A stretch of 64,000 nucleotides of DNA from Planctomycetota bacterium (lineage in GTDB: Bacteria > Planctomycetota > UBA1135 > GCA-002686595). Every line of letters begins with the position of its first letter. Within the stretch, counting starts at the first letter, position 1. Position numbers and translations under genes: made by a program. This document shows, one piece after another, positions 36,662-46,196 of this stretch. The notes under the pieces were generated by a model. The model saw only the letters and a program-made list of their open reading frames with translations. It ran no database searches and had not been told where the DNA came from. The DNA is taken from the NCBI GenBank assembly GCA_012959785.1, contig DUCM01000011.1:61824-125823 (forward strand), in the 5' to 3' direction.

Positions 36662-37723
36662 ATGCGCGTCGCCTTCGATACCGCCCCTCTCGCCGAGACC
36701 GCCGCAGGCCGCCGCTTTCCTTTTGGAGTACGCCGGGCTTGCGCTGGGCTCCTCGCGGCGCTCACCGAGCGCGGACGGATTGAAGTCGTGCCCATGGCAC
36801 CGGAGCCGGACGAGTCGCCTCTTATCTGGCGCCAGAAGCGCCTGCCTGCGCGCCTCGAATCAGCGCGAGTGGCGGGCTTTCACTCGAGCGTGTCGGCCTT
36901 TCCGATCCTGGGCAGGGGCAAACGGGTGCAGACCGTGCACGAAGCGCCCTGGCGCTTTGGCGTGGCCGAAAATGCGGGCTGGAAACACCGCAGTTGGGCG
37001 GCCATGGGCCCGCTCCTCGCCGATGCGGTGCTGTGTCCAAGCACACACACCAAGCAGGCCCTCATGCACAGCGTTCTGGGCGGCGGCGCAAAAATCGCAG
37101 TCTGCCCCTGGGGCGTGGAAGAGAGCTTTCAGGACGAGTCTCCGCCGGGTGTTGTGGACGAGGTCATGTTGTCGAGGTACGCCCTGCCCGAAGGCCCCTT
37201 CGCCCTGTGCCTCGGCGCCGTGCGCAAGAAGAAAAACCTGCCTGCCCTGCTGCACGGATTGCTGGAGCACATGCAATCGGGCGCGGCGGGACTGCCGGTG
37301 ATCGTTACCGGTGAGGAGACCGCCGACTTGCGCCGTGACCTGGGACTCGTGTCGCGCCTCAAGCTCTCGCGCTGGGTGCGCACGCCGGGCGTGATTCTCC
37401 CGGCCGATCTGCCTTCGGTCCTGCGCCTCGCCACGGTGGTGGTGGTGCTCTCGCATTCGGAAGGCTTTGCCTTTCCGGTGCTCGAAGCCCTCGCTTCGGG
37501 AACGCCCGTCTTGGTTTCCAAAGACAGCGCCCAGGCCGAGTTGGCCGGCGCAGAGGGAATCGTGGTGGACCCTGAAGATCCCACTTCGGTGGCGGAAGGG
37601 CTGGGACGCGCCCTCGCTGAACGTGAAGCCCTGCGGTACACGCTGGCGGCGCGGGCGGCTGAGTTTTCGTGGGCGCGTTGTGCCCGGCAGGTGGAAGAGC
37701 TCTGGCTGGGATGGCAACGATGA
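36662..37723 (+). CDS. Glycosyltransferase family 4 (GT-B)
   Basis: MRVAFDTAPL N-terminus. VVVLSHSEGFAFPVLEALASGTPVLVS EX7E-type block. Confidence 0.85.
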   Translation: MRVAFDTAPLAETAAGRRFPFGVRRACAGLLAALTERGRIEVVPMAPEPDESPLIWRQKRLPARLESARVAGFHSSVSAFPILGRGKRVQTVHEAPWRFGVAENAGWKHRSWAAMGPLLADAVLCPSTHTKQALMHSVLGGGAKIAVCPWGVEESFQDESPPGVVDEVMLSRYALPEGPFALCLGAVRKKKNLPALLHGLLEHMQSGAAGLPVIVTGEETADLRRDLGLVSRLKLSRWVRTPGVILPADLPSVLRLATVVVVLSHSEGFAFPVLEALASGTPVLVSKDSAQAELAGAEGIVVDPEDPTSVAEGLGRALAEREALRYTLAARAAEFSWARCARQVEELWLGWQR

Positions 37724-38832
37724 ACAGAGCGCTCAACGCGCCGCGGGTCTTGGTCCTCGGCTCGGTCCTGGGACAGGCCATGGGCGGCGTGCGCCGCCAC
37801 AACGCCGAGGTTCTGCCGCGGGTGGCGCAGATCCTCGCGGCCAGGGGCGGATCCCTGGCGGTGGCCGTGGGCCGCGGCGGTTTGGGCTTTGGCCTGCCGT
37901 CCACTGTCGAGTTGCTGTCCACGAATATTCCGGCCCAGGGTCCCCTGCGCCGGGCCAGGAGCGAGGGCCGTTGGACCCGGCGCCTGGCGGCTGAGGCCCG
38001 GGCCGCCGGCCGGCCCTTCGACCTTGTACACAGCGCCCATCAGCCCCTGTCGCGCAACCTTGGGCTCCCCCACAGCCTCCTGGTTCACGACCTGCGCAAC
38101 CTCTCGGCGGCGCATGCAATACTCCCGCGGCGCATCTACGCCCGGCGCGCTCTGGACCGGGCCCTTGCGGGGGCGACCTGCGTGCAAGCGGTGAGCGCGG
38201 CGGTCAAGACTGAATTGGTGGAGACCTTTGGCCTCGACAAGGAGAGCGTCTGGGTGGTGGGCAACGGCGCGGACCACATGCCGGTCCTGCCGCGCCGCGC
38301 TGGAGCGGGAGCACGGCTCTTGGTGCTCGGCCACATCGAGCCGCGCAAGGGACTGGCCGTGGTCATCGAAGCCTTGGCCGATGACCCCAGCCTGCCGGAT
38401 GTGCTCTTCGCGGGCCGCGCCGTAGGCGAGGAGCAGGAGCGTCTGGAAGCTCTCGCCCGCAGCCTGCAAGTGACTGAGCGCGTGGAGTTCGCCGGCGCGG
38501 CTGACGAAGGCGATCTGCCGCGCCTCTTCGCCGAAGCCGCCTGCGTGGTCTGTCCTTCGGAACTGGAGGGCTTTGGCATCGTGGCCGTGGAAGCGGCGCG
38601 AGCCGGCGCGCCCCTGGCAGTCTCGCGCATCGCGCCCCACGAAGAAGTCGCCAGCATCGCCACCCCGCGCTTCGAAGTCGGCGACGCTAGCGCTTGCGCA
38701 CGCGCAATTCACGAAGCGCAGCAAGCTCCGACGGGCGCCCTGGAACAAGCCCAGAAAAACGCAGGGCGGTTTGCCTGGGGCTCGGTGGCCGACGCCCTGG
38801 TGACGAGCTGGATCGAGGGCCTGGGGCGCTGA
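37711..38832 (+). CDS. Glycosyltransferase family 4 (GT-B)
   Basis: PRVLVLGS.....GGVRRH N-terminus and VVCPSELEGFGIVAVEAARAGAPLAVS block. Start is ATG 37711, or ATG 37720 (ATGA overlap with the upstream stop). Confidence 0.85.
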   Translation: MATMNRALNAPRVLVLGSVLGQAMGGVRRHNAEVLPRVAQILAARGGSLAVAVGRGGLGFGLPSTVELLSTNIPAQGPLRRARSEGRWTRRLAAEARAAGRPFDLVHSAHQPLSRNLGLPHSLLVHDLRNLSAAHAILPRRIYARRALDRALAGATCVQAVSAAVKTELVETFGLDKESVWVVGNGADHMPVLPRRAGAGARLLVLGHIEPRKGLAVVIEALADDPSLPDVLFAGRAVGEEQERLEALARSLQVTERVEFAGAADEGDLPRLFAEAACVVCPSELEGFGIVAVEAARAGAPLAVSRIAPHEEVASIATPRFEVGDASACARAIHEAQQAPTGALEQAQKNAGRFAWGSVADALVTSWIEGLGR

Positions 38833-38839
38833 GCGGCGC

Positions 38840-39583
38840 CTACTTCAAGGCGCCGACCGCGGAGAAGGCCAGCCAGAAGACAGCGCCAAAAAAGGCCAGA
38901 GCCAGGGTGGCGGCGAGGGCTCGGACCCAGACGGGGTACTGCTGCAAGTCGGCGGCGAAGAATCCCGAGCGCGAGACTTCCTGGGAGTAGCGCAGGGCGG
39001 GACGGTCCCCAAGGGCGGAGGATCCTGCCTCCGAAGGCGCGCTGCCCCGACTGGCCCGGGCCAGGGCGGCGGCGCGGCGCTTTTCGGCGGCGGCGGTAGG
39101 TTTTTCGGCAGCGGGCTCGCGCGTTTGCGGCTGCCTGATCGGCGCAACGATCGGGGTGGCGCCAGAGGGCAAGGGCGCGTCGAGTGCGGCTTCGTTCTCG
39201 AGTTCGATCTCAACGCCACCCGCGAGATCCGGGGCGGAGTCCACGAACTCGATCACCTCCGGGGCGATGCTCTGCGGGGCCTCGATCGTAAATTCCACCG
39301 GCTCCAGGCGAAAGCGCAGCTCGAGGTCGCCCAACTCGAACAACGCACCGTCGGTCAACTCCAGGAGAACGGAGCGACGCCCGCCCATGAAAACACCGTT
39401 GCTCGAATCCAAATCGCGCAAGAACCAATCCTCGCCCTCGCACTCCAGCCGAGCGTGGTGCCGCGAAACCGAACTGGCGTGCAGAACCACCGCGCAATCC
39501 TCAGCGCGACCCAAAAGCGCACCGGCCTGGGCCTCAAAGCTGCGGCCCAGGTCGGGTCCCGACAGGACAAACAGAGTCGGCAT
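38840..39583 (-). CDS. FHA domain protein with C-terminal transmembrane anchor
   Basis: FHA core GRAEDCAVVLHASSVSRHHARLECEGEDWFLRDLDSSNGVFMGG. Ala/Pro-rich linker. C-terminal TM VWVRALAATLALAFFGAVFWLAF. Confidence 0.85.
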   Translation of the reverse strand: MPTLFVLSGPDLGRSFEAQAGALLGRAEDCAVVLHASSVSRHHARLECEGEDWFLRDLDSSNGVFMGGRRSVLLELTDGALFELGDLELRFRLEPVEFTIEAPQSIAPEVIEFVDSAPDLAGGVEIELENEAALDAPLPSGATPIVAPIRQPQTREPAAEKPTAAAEKRRAAALARASRGSAPSEAGSSALGDRPALRYSQEVSRSGFFAADLQQYPVWVRALAATLALAFFGAVFWLAFSAVGALK

Positions 39584-39586
39584 CGA

Positions 39587-40246
39587 TCAGGCCTCGGCGA
39601 GACCCTCACGAATGGCGTAGAGCGCGAGCTCCACGCGGTCGTGAATGTCTAGCTTTTTCATCACCGACGTACTGTGGTGCTCCACGGTCTTGACGCTGAT
39701 GTGCATCATGCGCGCGATTTCCTTCTTGGACAGACCGCGGGCGAGGTAGCGCAGGACCTCGACTTCGCGATGGGTCAAGGTCGAGTTCACCGTCTGCCCC
39801 GAGGGCTTCGGTCGGCCCTGTTCGTCGAGGGTGAAGCGCGCCATGACTTCCTTGGAGAAGTAGGCCCCACCAGCCGCCACGGCTCGCAGGGCTCTGAAGA
39901 GTGTGCGAGGCGAGTCGCCCTTGATCACATAGCCCCGGGCGCCCACGGCGATGGCCTGCTCGATGTAGTGGTCGTGGAAGAAGGCCGAGAGGAAAATCAC
40001 GGCCAAGTCGGGCAGCCGCTTGTGCATCTGATCTACGGCGTCGAAACAGATCATGCCCGGCATGTCGATGTCCATCACCAGGATGTCCGGCCGGGTCTTG
40101 AGGGCCAAGACGATGGCCTCGTCGGCGGTGGCGGCGTCCCCCACGACTTCGAAGTCGTCGTCGCGGTTGAGCATCTCGCTCAGCGCCAAGCGCACGAGTT
40201 CATGGTCGTCGACGAGGAGGATGCGTTTCTGGTTTTCTGATTGCAT
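39587..40246 (-). CDS. Response regulator, NarL/LuxR family (REC + HTH_LuxR)
   Basis: ILLVDDHELVR, phospho-acceptor region ILVMDIDMPG, and HTH LTHREVEVLRYLARGLSKKEIARMMHISVKTVEHHSTSVMKKL. The stop is 3 nt before the FHA start. Confidence 0.9.
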   Translation of the reverse strand: MQSENQKRILLVDDHELVRLALSEMLNRDDDFEVVGDAATADEAIVLALKTRPDILVMDIDMPGMICFDAVDQMHKRLPDLAVIFLSAFFHDHYIEQAIAVGARGYVIKGDSPRTLFRALRAVAAGGAYFSKEVMARFTLDEQGRPKPSGQTVNSTLTHREVEVLRYLARGLSKKEIARMMHISVKTVEHHSTSVMKKLDIHDRVELALYAIREGLAEA

Positions 40247-40334
40247 GCAGGACTCTTCTGGATAGTTGCGAATGCGGGCGCTCCGGCTGACAATCTAACT
40301 CATGCGGGTCGCTTGAAAAGAGTACCTTGGCGAC

Positions 40335-41186
40335 ATGCCCCTGCCCGTAATTCTGCTCGACTCGGTCGACCGCGACTACCCTTGCCTTTGGGGGCTGCGG
40401 CGGCGAGCAGCGCTCACTGGAATCTCGGCCAAGGTGGCTCCAGGCACTATTTTTGGCCTCTTGGGACCCAATGGGTCGGGCAAAAGCACGCTCTTGCGGC
40501 TACTAGCGGGTGCTGAGCGCCCCACTCGGGGCGAGATCCAACTGTTCGGTGCGCCCCTCGATTCAGCCACTCGCGGGCGCATCGGCTACCTGCCCGAGGA
40601 TTCGCCCTTCCCCGCCGAGCTCAGCGCCCAGGCCGCCCTGGAGCTCCTGGGCTCGTTGCAAGGCATGGGCCGTGGCGAGATCCGCCGTCAGGGCGCCGAG
40701 TTGCTCGAACGCGTAGGGCTCAGCGCCGAAGCCCGCACGCCACTGAGCCGCTTTTCGCGGGGCATGGCGCGACGCTTCGGTCTAGCCCAGGCTCTATTGC
40801 ACTCGCCCGATCTCCTGCTTCTCGACGAGCCCAGCGCGGGTCTCGATGCACCGGGTTTTCTCGTCCTGGGCGAGTTGCTCGACGAAGCGCGAGCGCTGGG
40901 CACCACGGTGGTGCTCTCCTCGCACGACAAGGACGAACTGCTTTTGAACTGCGACGAATTGCTCTTGCTCCTCGATGGCCGTGTCGCGGCCAGAGGCAGC
41001 AGCGCCGCGGTACTCGGCCGACCGGGGGCCACCCAACTCGAAATCGCCGACCTCGACCAAGTCAGGCTCCAGGAACTCGAGAGCTGGGTGACAGAACGCG
41101 GCGGGCGAGTCGTGCAGTCCGCGCCAGCGAGCCGCAGCCTGGTGGAGCTGTACCGCAGCGAAGCCCCCGGCGCGAGGCGTCCATGA
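40335..41186 (+). CDS. ABC transporter ATP-binding protein (ABC-2/DrrA-like)
   Basis: Walker A GPNGSGKST, degenerate signature FSRGMARR, Walker B LLLLDEPSAGLD. Confidence 0.9.
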   Translation: MPLPVILLDSVDRDYPCLWGLRRRAALTGISAKVAPGTIFGLLGPNGSGKSTLLRLLAGAERPTRGEIQLFGAPLDSATRGRIGYLPEDSPFPAELSAQAALELLGSLQGMGRGEIRRQGAELLERVGLSAEARTPLSRFSRGMARRFGLAQALLHSPDLLLLDEPSAGLDAPGFLVLGELLDEARALGTTVVLSSHDKDELLLNCDELLLLLDGRVAARGSSAAVLGRPGATQLEIADLDQVRLQELESWVTERGGRVVQSAPASRSLVELYRSEAPGARRP

Positions 41187-42247
41187 ACCTGGCCCTGGGC
41201 CGACTCTTCTTGCGCCGGGCCCTGAGCCCCTGGCTGGGCGTCTGCCTCGCCGCCGTAGGCGCCTGCCTGGTCTGGGTGGAGGAGATTCCCCGAAGCGCCG
41301 TCCTGGGCCTCGATCCTGAGCGCGCCGAACAGGTGCTGCGCGGGCTCCTGCGTGGATCGGTCTGGACTCTTCTGCCCCTGGTGTTGGTGCTGGTCTCCGT
41401 GAGCGCCGCCGCCCGCGATCCCGAACGCTGGAGACGGGGCGAGGGACTGGTGCTGGGCACGCGCCGGGCGCCCCCCTGGCGCGTGGCCACGAGTGTCTGG
41501 GCCGGGCGCACCCTGGGACTCGTGCTCTGGACTCTGGCCATCGCTGCAGCGGGCGAACTCGGCGCGGCCGGCTCCGCTCCGTGCTTTGAAATCGGACCGC
41601 GCGAGTCGCTCAGCGCAGCCCGTCCTGCGGCCGCCGGTGGCGCCTTCTCCATCGAACTCGCCGGGGCGCGCGACTTGCCTCCGGGCAGCCGCGCGCGACT
41701 CTCCTGGTACTGGCTGGGCGACTACAGTTCCCTGGAAACTGTGCACCTCAAGGCCTGGCGCACAGGAAGCGAAACCACGCGTACGCGCGCGCAATCGGCC
41801 CTCGTCCAACACATCGAAATCGACTTGCCAACGGGCTCGGGGCCCTTGCAGTTGCAAGTCACAACCGTGGGCGCGGAATCAGCCCTGGCCATTGGAGGGC
41901 TGGTTCTCGAGTATTTGCACCCGGCTCCCGAACGCCTGGGCACCTGGCGCCTGCTTGTCGCCCTGGCCTGGTTCGGCGCGACACTGCTGGCCCTGGCCGC
42001 GGGCCTGGGCGCCTGGATCAGCGCGCCGAGCAGCGTGGCCTTGTTGACGGTCACCTGGTGCGCGGCCTGGATCGAAGGTGTACTCGAAGCGCTCCCAGGC
42101 CTGGCCCTGCCGCGCATGTTGCGGTCGGTGTCCGCAGGCCACGTGCCGCAAGCGGAAGAGGGCGCGGTGTGGTTTGTAGGCGCGCTCCTGATCAGCCTGG
42201 GCCTCGCCCTGCGAGTGCTCGCCTTGCGCCGGGGATTGGTGCGGTGA
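41183..42247 (+). CDS. Hypothetical polytopic membrane protein (possible permease partner of the ABC ATPase)
   Basis: ATGA overlap with the ATPase. Three N-terminal and three C-terminal hydrophobic segments flank a non-hydrophobic domain of about 100 aa. Confidence 0.55.
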   Translation: MNLALGRLFLRRALSPWLGVCLAAVGACLVWVEEIPRSAVLGLDPERAEQVLRGLLRGSVWTLLPLVLVLVSVSAAARDPERWRRGEGLVLGTRRAPPWRVATSVWAGRTLGLVLWTLAIAAAGELGAAGSAPCFEIGPRESLSAARPAAAGGAFSIELAGARDLPPGSRARLSWYWLGDYSSLETVHLKAWRTGSETTRTRAQSALVQHIEIDLPTGSGPLQLQVTTVGAESALAIGGLVLEYLHPAPERLGTWRLLVALAWFGATLLALAAGLGAWISAPSSVALLTVTWCAAWIEGVLEALPGLALPRMLRSVSAGHVPQAEEGAVWFVGALLISLGLALRVLALRRGLVR

Positions 42248-43143
42248 GGAGCGGCTGGCGATGGCTCGCGGTGCTGCTCTTCGTGGCGCTCATGTCCCGC
42301 TCGCCGAAGCACACCGCACCGGCGACACTCACGGCGCGACTCCTCGGTCCCTGTGCTTCCCTGGCAGCCAGCGCCCAGTGGGTGCGCGTAGGCGCCGCCA
42401 TCGACGAAGGCCGCCACGGTTTGGCCTACACCCGCGCCAACTTGGCCCTGGATCTCGACCCCGAAGCCAGCGCAGCCTGGTCCTTTCTCGCCTCGCACTA
42501 CGCCCACGATCGCGCAGCGATTCTCGCCGAGCCCAACCCGGCGCTGCGCACGAGTTGGGTGCGAACGGCGCTGGCATTGCTCGAGCGCGGTGAAGAAGTG
42601 GCCAGCAAGCCGGCGCAACTGGCCCTGCACCGCGGCTTGATCCTGGTGCATGTTGGCGACCTCGAGGGCACGGTCCCCTGGCCCGGGCAAAAGAAGGGCG
42701 CCTGGCTCGATGCGGAGCGCGCTTTCGAGGACGCCATCGAACATGACCGCGGCGCCACGGAAGCCTGGGTGCAGTTGGCGCGCCACCAAGTCCTGCGCCT
42801 GGCTGCGCCGGCCTTCGAGCCCGAGCCCGCGCAGCGCGTGGCGGCTCTGGAAGCGGCCGTGTTCCTGTTGCACCGCGGCAGCGCCCACGCGCGGCGACCC
42901 GGGAGACTCGATTTCGAGCGAGGGCTCTTGCTGGGTATCAGCGCCGACGGCGCGGACGGCGCGCTCTGGCCCGGAGGACGGCGAGCGCTCCTCGATGAGG
43001 CCTGCGAGGCCTTTCTGGCAGCGGCAAGCCATGGCACGCGCGGAGCCCTGGGCGCGGCGGCCAGCGCTCGCGAGGCGCTTGAAGGCAGCGACCTTGAGAA
43101 AGCCGACTTCGAAGACGCCAGCGTTGGGGATGGCGACGAGTAA
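42244..43143 (+). CDS. Hypothetical membrane-anchored alpha-helical protein
   Basis: GTG 42244 (GTGA overlap with the upstream stop) is in frame within ORF 42058..43143. N-terminal TM WRWLAVLLFVALM, then an Ala/Leu-rich helical repeat-like sequence and an acidic tail. Confidence 0.45.
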   Translation: MRSGWRWLAVLLFVALMSRSPKHTAPATLTARLLGPCASLAASAQWVRVGAAIDEGRHGLAYTRANLALDLDPEASAAWSFLASHYAHDRAAILAEPNPALRTSWVRTALALLERGEEVASKPAQLALHRGLILVHVGDLEGTVPWPGQKKGAWLDAERAFEDAIEHDRGATEAWVQLARHQVLRLAAPAFEPEPAQRVAALEAAVFLLHRGSAHARRPGRLDFERGLLLGISADGADGALWPGGRRALLDEACEAFLAAASHGTRGALGAAASAREALEGSDLEKADFEDASVGDGDE

Positions 43144-43194
43144 AGCTGAACAAGCGCCTCTGGCGATGCACAACCGGGGGGGTCCGGGCCGGGC

Positions 43195-43896
43195 ATGGTC
43201 AGGCGGAGGCGGGTTCCTTATCATGCAGCCGTGCTTCTCGCCCTCCTCGATCTGACGCAGTACCTCGATGTGCTCGTCGACCGCTTTAACTACCTCGGCC
43301 CCTTCGTGGTGTTGCTCTTGTGCGGCCTGGGACTGCCCCTTCCCGAGGAGGTGACCTTGATCGCCGCCGGGCTCCTGCTCTACCAGGGCCAGGTCGAGTT
43401 CGTGCCGATCTGTTTGGTGTGCGGCGCGGCCATCCTGCTTGGCGACACGGTGCCCTACCTGCTCGGTCGGCGCTACGGCGCCCAGGCCCTGGAAAATCGC
43501 CTGGTCTCCAAGATCCTGCACCCCGAGCGATTCGCCATCGTGGAGCACAAGTTCAACCGCTACGGTAGTTGGGTGGTCTTCATGTGCCGCTTCCTGCCCG
43601 GCATTCGCATCCCGGCCTATTTCACCGCCGGGACCCTGGGCATGCGCTACTGGCATTTCCTGATCCTCGACGGTCTGGGCGTCCTGGTTTCAGTGCCGAT
43701 TTCGATCTACATCGCCGAACTCTTTGGCGGACAGATCGAAAAAGCAGAGGCGCACCTGGACAACTTCCACATCCTGACCACCTTCGCCCTGGTGGCGATC
43801 CTGGGGGCCCTGGCTTTCCGCGTGATCGTGGGCCGCAGATCCCGCCAGGCGAGCGAAATGGCGGCACGAGGGGCAAACGAGGCGGAAGACGAGTGA
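43195..43896 (+). CDS. DedA family membrane protein (SNARE-associated domain)
   Basis: LGPFVVLLLCGLGLPLPEEVTLIAAG...GDTVPYLLGRRYG...FMCRFLPGIRIPAYFTAG is the DedA signature pattern. Confidence 0.85.
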   Translation: MVRRRRVPYHAAVLLALLDLTQYLDVLVDRFNYLGPFVVLLLCGLGLPLPEEVTLIAAGLLLYQGQVEFVPICLVCGAAILLGDTVPYLLGRRYGAQALENRLVSKILHPERFAIVEHKFNRYGSWVVFMCRFLPGIRIPAYFTAGTLGMRYWHFLILDGLGVLVSVPISIYIAELFGGQIEKAEAHLDNFHILTTFALVAILGALAFRVIVGRRSRQASEMAARGANEAEDE

Positions 43897-43935
43897 TTCG
43901 GGGCTAAAAAGGTCCTCGGAAGGCCAGGAGTGCCA

Positions 43936-43963
43936 TTGACGGCACCGGCGAGCCTAGTATCCT
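43936..43963 (+). promoter_or_regulatory. Sigma70-like promoter candidate upstream of hppA
   Basis: TTGACG (43936-43941), 16-nt spacer, TATCCT (43958-43963). This would give a leader of about 140 nt. Confidence 0.3.
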
Positions 43964-44108
43964 CTTTGCGCCAAAAAGGACTTGCTCCCCAGCACCAGTC
44001 CTCGCAAAGCTGGCGAATCTCAGAGTTTTCCGCGCCTTGATGCGCGAAAGCGCATCTCCCCACCCCGATTCAGCCCCCCCCTCCAGTCGATCGAATCGAC
44101 CACCCTAC

Positions 44109-46196
44109 ATGGACTCCTCTCTTTACCTTGCCGCCGCCTGCGCCGCCGTGGCCATCGTCTTCGCCCTGGTCAAGTTCTCCGCGATCATCAAAAAGGACGC
44201 TGGTGATTCCACCATGCAGGACATCGCTCGTCAGGTGCAGGAGGGTGCAGCAGCCTTCCTGAAGACCGAGTACAAGTGGCTCGCGGTCTTCGTCGTGATC
44301 GTCGGCGGGTTGATCGCGTTGTCGGATGCTGAGAACGGCCTCGGAGGAAAGACCGCGATCGCCTTCGTCGCAGGTGCCTGCGCCTCGGGCATCGCCGGTT
44401 ACTTCGGCATGCACACCGCGACTCGCGCCGCGGTGCGCACGACCCAGGCCGCGCGTGCGAGCCTGACCGAGGCCCTGGGCGTCGCCTTCTCCTCGGGCAT
44501 CGTGATGGGCATGAGCGTGGTCGGCCTGGCGCTGATGGGCGTGGTCGGCTTCACGTTGATGTACGCAGCCCCGGAGAACGCAGATGGCGTTAGGTTCTCC
44601 GCTGACTCGCTCAACCACGTGCTGGGCTTCAGCTTCGGTGCCTCCTCGATCGCGCTCTTCTCGCGCGTCGGTGGCGGAATCTTCACCAAGGCTGCCGACG
44701 TCGGCGCCGACCTGGTCGGCAAGGTCGAGGCCGGCATCCCCGAGGACGACCCCCGCAACCCCGGCACCATCGCCGACAACGTCGGCGACAACGTCGGTGA
44801 CGTGGCGGGCATGGGCGCCGACCTCTTCGAGTCCTACGTGGGCTCGATCATCGCGACCATGATCCTGGGCTCCTTTGCCTTCGCTGACAAAGAGAACATG
44901 TCGAGCCTGGTGCTGCTGCCCCTGGGCGTCGCCGCACTCGGCATCCTGGCCTCCATCATCGGCACCTACTTCGTCAAGGCCAAGGACGAAGCTCACATCT
45001 CCAGCGCGCTGCACTTCGGTGTGACGGTCGCCTCGATCGCCGCCATCGTGGGTTCGGCCGTCCTCTGCATGGTTGTCTTCACCTTCCCCGAAGGTGTCGA
45101 GGGTTGGCGCCTGCTGGTCGCCATCGCCTCGGGAACCATCATCGGCATCCTGATCGGCAAGGTCACCGAGTACTACACCGGTTCCGACGGCAAGCCGGTC
45201 AAGAACATCGCCGCGCAGTCCGAGACCGGTGCAGCGACCAACATCATCCACGGCCTCGCCACCGGCATGGAGTCAGTGGCCGCACCCGTGCTGCTGATCG
45301 CCCTGGCAATCTTCGTCTCCTACAACGTCTGCCAGATCGAAGGAGTCGATGGCAGTGGCGTCTACGGCGTCGCCATCGCAGCCGTCGGCATGCTCTCGAC
45401 TCTCGGCATCACCCTCGGCGTCGACGCCTACGGTCCGGTTGCCGACAACGCAGGTGGCCTGGCCGAGATGGCCAAGCTGCCCAAGGAAGTCCGCGAGCGC
45501 ACCGACGCCCTCGACGCAGTCGGCAACACGACGGCTGCCATCGGTAAGGGCTTCGCGATCGGCTCGGCGGCGCTCACCGCGCTGGCACTGTTCAGTGCTT
45601 ACTGCAGCCGCGCCGGCAAGGAACTCGACCTTGAAGGCTCCCTGCTGCTGGACATCAACAACCACAAGGTCATGATCGGCCTGCTGCTCGGCGGTATCCT
45701 GCCGTTCCTCTTCAGCGCACTCACCATGCGCGCTGTGGGTAACGCGGCCAGCGAGATGGTCAACGAGATTCGTCGTCAGTTCCGCGAGATCCCCGGCATC
45801 ATGGACGGAACGGGCAAGCCCGACGCCGCGCGCTGCATCAAGATTTCGACCGACGGCTCGCTCAAGCAGATGATCCTCCCCGGCCTGATCGCCATCATCG
45901 CCCCGATCGCGGTCGGCATGTGGAGCCCCTACGCCCTCGGCGGCATGCTCGCCGGTGCCCTCGTCTGTGGCATCATGATGGCCATCTTCATGGCCAACGC
46001 AGGCGGTGCCTGGGACAACGCCAAGAAGCTCATCGAGAGCGGCGCCCACGGCGGCAAGGGTAGCGACTACCACGCCGCCGCAGTCGTTGGCGACACGGTG
46101 GGTGACCCCTTCAAGGACACATCAGGGCCCTCGCTCAACATCCTCATCAAGTTGATGACGGTGGTTGCGGTGGTTTTCTTGCCCTGGTTCGTCTGA
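44109..46196 (+). CDS. hppA: Membrane-bound ion-translocating pyrophosphatase, K+-dependent subfamily signature
   Basis: [40 protein letters not shown] and [23 protein letters not shown]. The [10 protein letters not shown] motif has Ala rather than Lys at the K+-dependence position. Confidence 0.95.
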   Translation: MDSSLYLAAACAAVAIVFALVKFSAIIKKDAGDSTMQDIARQVQEGAAAFLKTEYKWLAVFVVIVGGLIALSDAENGLGGKTAIAFVAGACASGIAGYFGMHTATRAAVRTTQAARASLTEALGVAFSSGIVMGMSVVGLALMGVVGFTLMYAAPENADGVRFSADSLNHVLGFSFGASSIALFSRVGGGIFTKAADVGADLVGKVEAGIPEDDPRNPGTIADNVGDNVGDVAGMGADLFESYVGSIIATMILGSFAFADKENMSSLVLLPLGVAALGILASIIGTYFVKAKDEAHISSALHFGVTVASIAAIVGSAVLCMVVFTFPEGVEGWRLLVAIASGTIIGILIGKVTEYYTGSDGKPVKNIAAQSETGAATNIIHGLATGMESVAAPVLLIALAIFVSYNVCQIEGVDGSGVYGVAIAAVGMLSTLGITLGVDAYGPVADNAGGLAEMAKLPKEVRERTDALDAVGNTTAAIGKGFAIGSAALTALALFSAYCSRAGKELDLEGSLLLDINNHKVMIGLLLGGILPFLFSALTMRAVGNAASEMVNEIRRQFREIPGIMDGTGKPDAARCIKISTDGSLKQMILPGLIAIIAPIAVGMWSPYALGGMLAGALVCGIMMAIFMANAGGAWDNAKKLIESGAHGGKGSDYHAAAVVGDTVGDPFKDTSGPSLNILIKLMTVVAVVFLPWFV

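Noticed and set aside
41722-43656. 644-aa minus-strand ORF, and similar ORFs at 13498..15048(+), 14823..16670(+) and 37129..38748(-)
   Set aside because: All are antisense to genes with clear family signatures (hutH, GT4, DedA, ABC partner). They have low-complexity translations and no start-site support.
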